A stretch of 64,000 nt of DNA from Chlorokybus atmophyticus (taxonomy: Eukaryota; Plantae; Mesostigma and Chlorokybus algae), in the NCBI GenBank assembly GCA_009103225.1, contig RHPI01003244.1:124001-188000 (forward strand), in the 5' to 3' direction. The notes beneath the pieces were generated by a model. That model was given only the letters and a program-made list of their open reading frames with translations, was not told where the DNA came from and made no database searches. The position numbers were made by a program, and so were the translations under genes. Every line of letters begins with the position of its first letter. The stretch's first letter is position 1. This document shows, piece after piece, positions 1 to 9,764 of the stretch.

Positions 1-1245
1 GCCCTTCTTGGCGGGGCAGTTCTTCGCAATGTGACCGGGCTGGTGACATACGTAACAGGTGCGAGCCGCAGCGGGTGTAGCACCACCAGCAGATGTGCCA
101 CCGGTCGGAGGCGTGAATGTCTTCGCCTTCTTTGCCGTGTGCGCACTCGACTGAGGGTAACGCTTTCCTCCCACCCCGTGCGGCTTGGCCGCAACTGCCA
201 CATGTGCCTTTTCCTGCACCGCCGTGTCATCATTGTACAGATACACGCTCAGCTTCTGCAGCTGGGCCAAGTCCTCAGGAACCCAAGGAAGTCCCGTTGC
301 CGTGTTGTAATGCAGCTGATCGCGCACACGCGCATCCAAGCCGTGCTTGTACAACTCAGACTGCTCAGCCTTGTCCATGGGCATGAGGCCACTGTTCACG
401 CGGCCCACCAACGCTTGGAACTCCTGCAGATAGACTGAAGCCGTTCTGCCATTCTGTCGCAGCTTGTTGAGCTTGTTGCGAGCCTGAGTAGCTGGATCCA
501 TGCCACCATAGCGCTCCACAAGGAACTTGAATAGTGCCTCCACTGTCTTGGCCGCACCATCCTCTGTCTGCCTCGCCCACTCGGCGAGAGCGTCAGATGG
601 CATGAGCAACTCAGCAACAGCAATGTGCTCGCCAACTGGTCGCTTCAGTGCTGTCAAGTAGTGCTTAACAGCGACCACCCAATCATGGATGCTGACACTG
701 CCGTTGGGCTTGAACTTCTCAGGCTTGTTCAGTGCTGTAACCGGCAGCCCCGCTGATGCTCCAGCTGCTGAAGTAGCACCCGCCACCTGTTGGCGCAGCG
801 CCACCAACTCAGCCTGCATAGCATCGAGGCGTGCCGTCAACTGCACTCGGCCAGTCAACTTGTCTTCCAAGTTAGGTCCCAAGTACCAGAACACGTCCTT
901 GCAACGCTGTGAGGTTTCCACTCCCAAGTTGGCCAAAGCCTCAAACGCCATTCGCTTGCCTTGGTAAGGGGGAGGTTTATCGTAAACAGCCATCAGAGCA
1001 GCCACCTTCGGATCACCGCGCACGAGTGGCGGAACATTGTTCGTCAACTCGTGCTCAATCATGCGGATCACCATCTCCTTGCTTGCGCGAGGGAGAGTGG
1101 CAAAATCTGTTGCATAGCTATCACGAACCTTTTGTGCCCATGCATCCCACACTTCCTGACGAAGCTGTGGGTGAGCATCGATCAAGACTTTGCGCTCTCG
1201 CGCATACTTCTCAATAGCCCCACCAATGACAGACTGTGTGTCCAT
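1..1245 (-). CDS. Gag protein with C-terminal CCHC zinc knuckle; frame open to the window edge and so absent from the ORF track
   Basis: Hand translation from ATG 1245: MDTQSVIGG...KPEKFKPNGSVSIHDWVVAVKHYL...YGGMDPATQARNKLNKLRQ...RTCYVCHQPGHIAKNCPAKKG. An in-frame TAG at 1261-1263 separates it from an upstream acidic ORF (ATG 1443). Confidence 0.85.
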   Translation of the reverse strand, partial: MDTQSVIGGAIEKYARERKVLIDAHPQLRQEVWDAWAQKVRDSYATDFATLPRASKEMVIRMIEHELTNNVPPLVRGDPKVAALMAVYDKPPPYQGKRMAFEALANLGVETSQRCKDVFWYLGPNLEDKLTGRVQLTARLDAMQAELVALRQQVAGATSAAGASAGLPVTALNKPEKFKPNGSVSIHDWVVAVKHYLTALKRPVGEHIAVAELLMPSDALAEWARQTEDGAAKTVEALFKFLVERYGGMDPATQARNKLNKLRQNGRTASVYLQEFQALVGRVNSGLMPMDKAEQSELYKHGLDARVRDQLHYNTATGLPWVPEDLAQLQKLSVYLYNDDTAVQEKAHVAVAAKPHGVGGKRYPQSSAHTAKKAKTFTPPTGGTSAGGATPAAARTCYVCHQPGHIAKNCPAKKG

Positions 1246-2249
1246 TGTAGCTGGCCCACTCTAAGTAGATTGATTGGGAGAAGCTTCGCTATCCTGCGCA
1301 GCTTCCTCTTTGTCACTCTCAGTGAGCTTGTAGCTCTCACTCGTGTCCGAGTCTCTCACTTTGTCATCACTTAATGGTTCGTATGATGACGATGAGTCAG
1401 GGACGGTAAAGTACTTCTCACCTCCCTCTCCTTGGTCAGACATCTGCCCAAAGACAGCCGTTAGCAAGTGCACAAGTACTCAGATTGTGCACTGCAATAC
1501 AGGTAAAATCTAATGATTTTGTCTCGTCAAGTTTTGAGGCGTTACGGTGGATTATACAGCCCCAAAAGAGCTCTCCACATACCTCTCAACTAGACACTTA
1601 CTCTGCAACAAACCGTGCGCGAATCCACGCAACGGTTCACGAGTTATGATTTCTCAAAGTTTTCACTTTGTACAACCCAGCACAATTCACACTGATTGAC
1701 ACACAGGGTGCCAAAATCTCGTCAAATCGACCTTACAGGCCGATATCGACCAGTTGTGAATGGTGAGTTTGATATCGGCCGCTCAGAAAATTCTGGCGGC
1801 CTCACCGCTCAAAATGGCGGCACTGAGACAGTCGATGTTGCCACCGAACTGCCCCCCCCAAGGGAATTTCCAAATTAATAGAAAAACCCTTACACCACCA
1901 CGAATCCACGTGGTGGTACACACACAATATAATACAATCAATGTATTTTTACTATGTGTTGTGCTGCAATGCAATGCTTCAGGGATAGGCCTGAATGGCT
2001 GTTTCCCTTCACACAATAACAAACTAGACTAGGACAGGCATGCTAGGCTAGGCATGGCATGCATGGCATGGCAAGCTAGGCTAGGCTAGGCTAGGTTAGG
2101 CACCAGCAGCAGCGTTTGACTATTATAGTTAAAACATAAAACACTTTAACTACCACTAGTTTAACGTCGCTGCCGCTTGCCGCCGCCTGCCGCCGCCCCC
2201 GCCGCCTGCCGCCTGCCGCCGCCCCTCCCACAGGCCCCTTGCCGCCCGT

Positions 2250-2261
2250 GCTCCGATACCA
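2250..2261 (-). promoter_or_regulatory. Primer-binding site, tRNA-iMet type
   Basis: Minus strand TGGTATCGGAGC, 1 nt from the LTR terminal CA; canonical form is TGGTATCAGAGC. Confidence 0.85.
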
Positions 2262-2262
2262 A

Positions 2263-2600
2263 TGTAAGGAGAGGGGGTGCTCCTCCTCCCTTTAATCCCC
2301 TACCCCAACACCACCACCAGCCAGGCCGACCACACCGCCGCCGCCAGGGGCAACTGCCGGAGCAGAAGATCCCCTGGCTATGGCGGCTGTTGCGTTAGCA
2401 GTGCCGCCATACAGCTGATATCGACATGAGACTCTTGTCTCATGTCGATATCAGTGTTACAGTTAAGTAACACTATATTAGGGCCTTAACACTAGGTTAA
2501 CGGCCCTAATACGGCTTAATTGGCTGTATATACCCGTTGGGACCCTTATTTAATCCTAAATAAGGGCGGGGAACCTCTATAGAGGTAGCACTCCGTTACA
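2263..2600 (-). repeat. 5' LTR of element 1 (338 bp) containing a chain of perfect hairpins
   Basis: Termini TGTAAGGAG and CTCCGTTACA; adjacent PBS; inverted repeats at 2415-2454, 2455-2472, 2476-2511, 2543-2566 and 2573-2586. Confidence 0.85.
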
Positions 2601-5600
2601 CCTGCCCTAATCGTTGAGCCAAAACTTGAGCCGAGGGGTTGACTCTTTTTCTAGCCCCCATATTCTCCATTAAAGCCTCAACTGGACTCAATGGATGGCG
2701 GCCATAACCAATATAAAATGGTGTCATCCCCGTTGACTCATTCACTGAATCATTGATGGCATACTCAACGAAAGGGAGATATGTATCCCAATCTCTAATA
2801 TTCTTTAGTGAGTAATGCCTCAATAGTTGTTCCACTGTCTGATTCACACGCTCAGTTTGCCCATCTGTTTGAGGATGAAACGCGGTGGATAACTTATTAT
2901 CTAAATTTAATGTATCACATAATTCACGCCAAAAGGCGGAAGTGAACCGCGAATCCCTATCCGAAATCATATCCACGGGCATCCCATGTTGTGAGTACCA
3001 TCTCCTGAAAAAGGCATGGGCAAAATCCTCGCCCATAAATTTTGGAGGAGTTGGTTCTAAGTGAACAACCTTACTAAACCGGTTTACAAATACAACCATT
3101 CCATTATTCCCTTTTACCGTTTTAGGTAATTGGACTATGAAGTCAACAGACATTGGCTTCCAAGCCCCCTCTGGTATGGGCAAAGGTTGTAATTTCCCGG
3201 CCGGTTTTGTCCTTACGGATTTATTCCTTTGGCATGAGTCACAATTTTTTACAAAGCTTTCAACATCCACTCTTAAGGTCGGCCACCAATACCTCCTAGC
3301 CAAAGACTCGGTAGTTTTCCTTATACCAAAATGGCCACGGTAAGGGGGATTATGTGATTCTTCAATCACCTTTGACCTAAGTGACCNTATAATTGTAATT
3401 TGAATCTTATACAACGCATGACGTCAATGCAGTTGAATTGTGTCGTTTACAATTTGACATATATGCTCGCATGTATGTTATAAATACGTAAATGTAATGA
3501 TTACATATGCTAAATGCCATATAAGACTCACTGTACAGCATGTGCCCTGGCAATGTTCATATAACAAGAGAAAAACGCAGTGCTCTTCTCTTGTGACATG
3601 AATAGTAACAAGTATTAAGGAGACAAGTGTGGTTCTTGTAACGAGCTTAGACTGCATGTATTGTGATGTTAACTACTTGCTCATCATATATGCATGAGTA
3701 ATGAATGTATATGATTATATATATGCAAGTAACGCCAAATCCTCGGATAATGCGGGATGCCTACTTAAAGGATCTGCCGCATTTATCCTACCTGGCCTAT
3801 ATTCCCAATCAAAATCATATCGCACCAAATACTCATGCCACCTTACTTGGCGTCGCGACAAGTTAGGTTGCGTATTTAGGTGCACTAAGGGGTTGTGATC
3901 AGTTATCACCTTAAAATGTCCCCCCTCTAAGTAACACCTCCATCTATGCAACGCTTTCACAACACCTAATAATTCTTGATCGGTGGTTGAGTAATTCTTC
4001 TCCGCGGGCTTATACTTGAAACTCTCAAAGGCTACTGGGTGCCCCTCTTGCACTAGTATAGCCCCGATTTCTGCCAAAGAGGCATCACTTATTACCTGAA
4101 ATGGCTTGTCCATTTCCGGCAACTTCAATACCGGAAGTGAGGTCATAGCAGCCTTAAGCCTTTCAAAGGCTTGTTGCTCCTTAGGACCCCATTCGAAGGG
4201 TTTTCGGGTACTTGTCAAAGTAGTGAGTGGGGCGGCTATAATTGAATAGCCTAAAATAAAACGGCGGAACCATAGGCAAAAACCCAAGAATTTCTGTAAC
4301 TTCGTTACATTCTTAGGAACTGCCCAGTCTTTAACCCTTTCGAGTTTCTTAGGATCGCCTTTTATTGCTTCTTCTCTCACTCACAATATTACCCAAGTAC
4401 TCTACTTCCTAGCAAAGAAGTCACACTTCTTGAAATTCGCCAAGAACTTATGCTCCCTTAGCCTACTCAAGGCTTTTCGTAAATGAAGCACATGTTCCTC
4501 TTTTATACTTGAAAATACAATAACACCATCCAAGTACACTAGGACAAATCTCCCTACCTCCTCTTTAAATACTTCATTCATTACCGCTTGGAATGTGGCC
4601 GGCGCATTGCACAAGCCAAATGGCATCACCGTATATTCATAATGACCCATAGGGGTTTTAAACCCTGTCTTATACCTATCTTCTATCGCGATAGGTATTT
4701 GGTGATAACCACTAGTTAGGTCGAGGGTGCTAAACCACGACTTCCCAACTAGTTAATCATACAAATCATCCAAACGCGGTAAGGGGAAGGCATTCATCAC
4801 CGTTTGTGCATTTAATGACCTATCATCAACACACATTTGGAGCTTGCCTCCCTTCTTTTCGGCAAAAATTACATTAGCCGAATAGGGGCTTTGCGATTCG
4901 ACTATCAAACCCCTTTCTAGGAGATAGTCCACCTGCTTCTTTGCTTCATCTCGTTCCTTGGGACTTAGCCTATACAATGGCCTTATCGGCGGAGGCCCAG
5001 CCCCTTTCTTTAGTGGGATTAAATGGGAGACAAACCTATTTGCTGGTGCACTTGGTAGATCCGCGGAGAATATATCCATAAACTCCCTCACCACCGGGTG
5101 TATCTTTTCCCAATCAATTTCACTTGACTCTTCCAAGTCCCCCACTATGCTTAGGCAACCTACAGCCAATTCGGAGTCACCCTTTAACCATTGATCAACT
5201 GGGTCAATGGTGCGTTTACTCCTTCTGTTAGGCTTACGGTTCCTACTAGGTGTCAAAGCAAAACGCTTGTCACCTTGTGTGATTGTAATAGAAGGTGGCA
5301 CGCTTGTTAATTCTAAGTTCATGTGCTTTTGCCAACTATCACCTAATATCACGTCTATGCCTGGAATAAGGGACTTGACCACATACAGCTTAATTTTGGT
5401 CCTATAATCCCCCATTCGAATTAGCAACTCTGTCACGCCACTTACTTCACAATGTAACTCACCTACTAGGCTTGCCCTAGCATTGGTAGTTTCAATGGTG
5501 GCCGAGACCCTTTTTGCCAATTCGGCACTTACGAAATTTTCTAAGGCACCAGTGTCAACTAAGACACCACACGCCCTCTCATTCACTAATGCATCGAAGA

Positions 5601-6024
5601 CCATACTTAGCCTAGGATTTATTTGTGAACCTCGGCGATCACTTGCATCATCACACCATATTTGCAAGTCAGTGGCAAAAAGTGATTTGGCCCTTGGTAA
5701 TGTGCCCATACGGCGCATACCGCCTAACAACCTTTTCCACTTACCATAATATTTAGGTGTTAGAACACACGCCTTAATTTCGGGGTTAGTTTGCTTTAGT
5801 TGCCAATAATTTGTCAAAGTACTTGTTAACTCACGAAGTGGCACGCATATGAGAATTCGCTCATGCCCTACCTCAAGTGAATTAATTCTTGGCAAATCTT
5901 CAAACTCATTCCCAAAACAAACATCGCATTTCATAGGCAACTTCATCGTTGTAGCTATACAACTATTGTTCTCAAGTCGCCCACTACTTTGCTCCTTTGG
6001 CGCCGTTCCTATACAAGCAACCAC
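2601..6024 (-). pseudogene. pol polyprotein with stops and indels: aspartic protease, reverse transcriptase, RNase H, integrase
   Basis: Motifs LVDTGA (PR); PYSANVIF, FPLPRLDDL, YEYTVMPFGLCNAPATFQ, YLDG in place of YLDD (RT); SDAS, YSTTDQELL, TDHNPL, NAADPLSR (RH); HNPPYRGH, CDSC, SVDFI, SDRD, QTERVN (IN). Stops at 4753-4755 and 4402-4404; non-coding block at about 3390-3730. Confidence 0.93.
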
Positions 6025-6033
6025 CCCACACCG

Positions 6034-7297
6034 TCACTTGGTGGGATCCTCGGTCGGCTTTGCTCCCTTCTTCGGGCACTTGGAGGCTATATGCCCCTTT
6101 TCGCCACAATTGAAGCATAAACCTTCCCGAGCTCTTCTCTCCTTCTCTTTACTGGGGAGTCTTGCCTTGCCCTGGAAGGCTGGCTTAAAGGGTTTCTTGC
6201 CAAACGGCTTTTTACCCTTTTTCTTTAGAGGGGTCTTTGAAGACTTCTCCTTTTCAACCGGACTTTCCATCTCCGATTGAGGGGCAAATCCTTTTCTTTT
6301 CTTTCCCTTTCCTCCCCCGGATTTGTCTCCACCCTCTTCTCTATCCCTTTTGTTAATGCTAGCCAAATTCCGGCCGACCCATCTCGCCGTATTCTCAAGC
6401 TCCGTGAACTTCTCCTGAGTCCACTCTATATCGGTCTTTTGCAACCTCATAATATCTGGTTGCTTTTGGAGCTTAGAATCCAAGGCTCGAATGAATAGGT
6501 TGGCCTTCTCAATCAGGCTTAGTGGCCTTCCCCCATTTGCAGCTTGAGCCGCTAACAGGTTGGATTGGCTCACAAATTCCGTGATCAACTTGCCCGATTG
6601 TTTCAAATCGGATAGCTTATCCCTGGCATCAAGCCCGGGGTCCACTGTCCTATATTGGCTAAACAAAAACTCCTTTAGGGATTCAAAGGTGGGCTCAACC
6701 AAATGAGACCTATGGTCCTTCCACAACTGAAGTGGTTCTGGACCTAAGTATCCCGCGGCAAAACCCCAACCTTTGCCTTTCTGGAACCGTAGCCAAAGTC
6801 ACTTCGACTTGGTTCCACCAAGCGTTTATATCCTCCCCTTTTTTGCCTGTCCATGCCGGGGGAATTTTTAGAAACTTGGTACTTGGTCCTACTTGGACCG
6901 AGTCTATTTTGTCCTCGAGTTCTTTCATTTTCTGCTCCCCAAGGACGCGGAGGCGCGTGAGCTCCTCCTCATTCTTCTCGAGGTTCTTCACTAGCCTCAA
7001 GATGCCTTGCTTGGCCTTTTTGCCTTCTTTGCAACAAGCCAAGGCTATTTTCTTGTATTTTGGCGACAACTCGGCTATTCTTCGTTCCATCTTTTTCCCT
7101 AGCTGGGGAATTGGTGGACTCGAAGCTTCCGCCTGTTCCGCCATTGCCGCGACTAGCCTTTTTTCTTCTAGATAGGCTTTTAATTCGCGGTAATCCTCTT
7201 CACTGGCGCTACTACTAAAAGTCTCACGCCACTTGTGATAATTTCCAATCCGGCGTTGTTTCGGCATGCACTTCGGAAGCGCGAATTTCCGAATCAA
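6034..7297 (-). pseudogene. gag of element 2: coiled-coil N-terminus, capsid-like region and CCHC knuckle, with one frameshift near 6760
   Basis: CFNCGEKGHIASKCP knuckle. Removing one T from GGGGTTTT joins ERQRLGF to AAGYLGPEPLQLWKDHR. Confidence 0.88.
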
Positions 7298-7357
7298 AGT
7301 GGCCCCAAACCACGGCCTGAGTGGTTCAAAATCGTATGTCCAAGCTCCGAGGCCAGC

Positions 7358-8769
7358 TGTTACGCCGGGCGGGGGGTAATTATCACTTAAAACTATGTAC
7401 AGTGATCACACACTTTACATGTAGTGACTGTACACTCCCTTAACCACCTTTCGTTGAATGAACAACTACTTGGCAACTTAAGGGTTATGGTCACCTAGTT
7501 TAGGTACCCCTACCTTAGCCCCAAAAGCCCAGAGCTCAAGTCGTGCGGCGGCTACCCTCCACCCGCGACTGGCTCCTTTTTTATGGCGAAATCCATCGCC
7601 ATGAGCTTTACTAGGAACTATCTTGGCTAAGACCTACTTGGCTCAAAGCCCTCTACCAGATCCCCATTCACTCACCCAAGTGATTAGTTTAGTTCACCCG
7701 GCATTTGTTCACTGGCATTCTGCAAAGTGACCAATAATGCTAATCCGCGTTTTTTGTGCTTGCGGCCATGGTAGGCGGCGCTGTCACGCGCTGCGTATCG
7801 GCACACGCGGGAGGGGGCAAATGCCTTAGCCGATTTTCTGTCGCGACGTCGCGTCGCGAAGTGATCTAATAGTTGATTCACTAGTGAATCAACTTTAGTT
7901 CACTACCTTGTCGGCTTTATGAATCACTCTACTAGTGAACTAACTTAGTTCACCAGTGATTCACTTTTGGCTCCCTCTTCTATTAGTCCCCTCACATTAG
8001 GGTGATTCACTTAGTTCACTTAGTTCACTACGAACCCTTAGTGAACTACTTTTAGTGCATGTTCGTAATTGAACCAGTGAACTATTTTAGTTCACTTACG
8101 AACCCTCAGTGAACTATTTTAGTTCATGTTCGTAACTGAACCAGTGAACTATTTTAGTTCATGTTTGTAACTGAACCAGTGAACTATTTTAGTTCACTTA
8201 CGAACCCTTAGTGAACTATTTTAGTTCATGTTCGTAACTGTACTAGTGAACTAATTTAGTTCACTATGTTGACTCACTTCGCAGGTGAATCAACCCCTTC
8301 GCGAACTCATTTTGCGAAGACCTTTTTGTTCACCCTAAGAGAGGCTACTTCGCTCTATTCATCTGATCCAAATAAGCCGGCTTGGATTGGCCTAAATGAA
8401 CCTTATAATTACACATGCTTCTTCCTATGATGTTTCACACGATTGGCCCTATAAGCCCACATCGCGTTAATAAATCATTATACTAGAGCCATGTGCTTTT
8501 ATCTTCCTACTCAAGACGCCCATACATTCATGAATAGGGTAATTCCTAGTCCACCACTTGTAATAAGATGCATGCAAATGCTCTAACTAGCCAGGCCTAT
8601 AATTAGCGATGCATTGCGTTCGTGTTAAAGCTCAAACACAAACACACGCATTCAAAGCTTTTATAACAAACCAAGATAATCCAACCAAGGTTCATTAAAC
8701 TTTTGTCTCTCGCTGATTAAACTTATATATACACTGTACATGACCAGCTGTAGTAGCTAGGGCGTAACA
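7358..8769 (-). repeat. 5' LTR of element 2 (about 1.4 kb)
   Basis: Inverted termini TGTTACGCC...GGCGTAACA and an adjacent PBS-like sequence. Confidence 0.8.
8041..8264. repeat. Tandem array of seven 19-bp palindromes GTGAACTA-ttt-TAGTTCA(C) with two alternating spacer types, inside the LTR
   Basis: Units start at 8041, 8077, 8109, 8144, 8179, 8211 and 8246; an isolated copy lies at 7935-7953. Confidence 0.92.
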
Positions 8770-9764
8770 GCTTTGTATTACACAACAACATTTGAATATA
8801 TTGAAACAAAACATTACCTTAGCTGACGAGTCCTTCATTTTAAGAAACCTGCAAACATCTCCCTCTCCAATCCGCTACCCGTGCACGAAACCATGCAAAA
8901 ACCGCGAGGTGAGCACCACAACCTGTACATGCAACGTGTAATGCAAAGCGCGTAAGCATGATATGGCTTGCTTTTATCATATATGACTGTATTTATGTAG
9001 GTATGCCGTACAGCTCGAACTTGCTTAGATTTGTCAGCATAAATGTGAAGTGAATGTATCGCAATTCTATAATGTGAAAGTATATCATGGTAAAGTATCT
9101 GTTTGATGCCAACTCGTGTGTAGGCCATTGACATGCCTAAAAAAGATGTACACGTAAGTTTACATGTCCGGCGCGTGTCCACATGTAACGTGCTCTTGTG
9201 GCGAGAGCAGACTACATTGCATTGTGCCCGTCACGTCAGCAGTACTGACGCTTTTGCAGTACTGACGCTTTTGCCCAAGACCCCAACGCTTCCGTGGTCC
9301 ATGCGTCACGTGGTCAGTGGCTTGGGGAGCCTCGGTGCCACCGAACAGTTCGGTGTCCAGTGTCCCTGGTGCCAAGATTCCCGCGATCCGCGACGAACCG
9401 TGTTCACGGATCCCGCGAAATCTGCGGCCCATCGCCAATCATAACGTTAATTCATTGGTGGCAAATGGCCGCTGCTGAGCTTGCAGCTTCAAGCGTTGCG
9501 CTTTCCGCGCTCATCATCCATCCATCCAGTTGACTCATCTATGCATCAAGCAGCGGCGGCTGGAAGGAAGGAAGCGGAGAGGCATCTCAACAAGGGGTTT
9601 CCTTGTGGCCGGAGCTGCGCGGGAGGGGGAGGAAGGAAGCGTTTCCTCCTGGGCGGGGCGGCTGGTAAAGCTCTCCTGCCTCCGCCCCTGCGTGCTTGGT
9701 TGGTTTTGAAGTAGCAGGTTGCTGCTGCATGCGGGTGGTGTGCTTGGTGGTGGGTGGGTGCCCT

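Larger units (their letters stand above)
1..2600 (-). mobile_element. Ty3/gypsy-type LTR retrotransposon 1, 5' part only (5' LTR, PBS, about 800-nt leader, gag); continues off the window edge
   Basis: TGTAA...TTACA LTR at 2263-2600, PBS TGGTATCGGAGC directly inside it, and a gag frame with a CCHC knuckle. The LTR edge truncates the integrase ORF of element 2 (nested insertion). Confidence 0.85.
2601..8769 (-). mobile_element. Degenerate Ty3/gypsy LTR retrotransposon 2 (5' LTR, PBS, gag, Dam-like module, PR, RT, RNase H, IN), interrupted at its 3' end by element 1
   Basis: Domain order PR-RT-RH-IN. LTR 7358-8769 has 9-bp inverted termini TGTTACGCC/GGCGTAACA. PBS-like TGGCCTCGGAGC at 7344-7355. 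Confidence 0.92.

Noticed and set aside
6750-6775. GGGGTTTT as a programmed -1 frameshift site in gag
   Set aside because: Restoring the frame needs a +1 shift in mid-gag, which fits a 1-nt homopolymer insertion or sequencing error better.
8041-8264. Palindromic repeat and spacer array resembling CRISPR
   Set aside because: Spacers are only 13-17 nt and of two recurring types, the array lies within a eukaryotic LTR, and no cas genes are present.
8823-8850. Hammerhead-like CTGACGAGTCC...GAAAC
   Set aside because: The 3' strand of stem II is missing, and no stem I, stem III or NUH site could be built. At most a dead relic.
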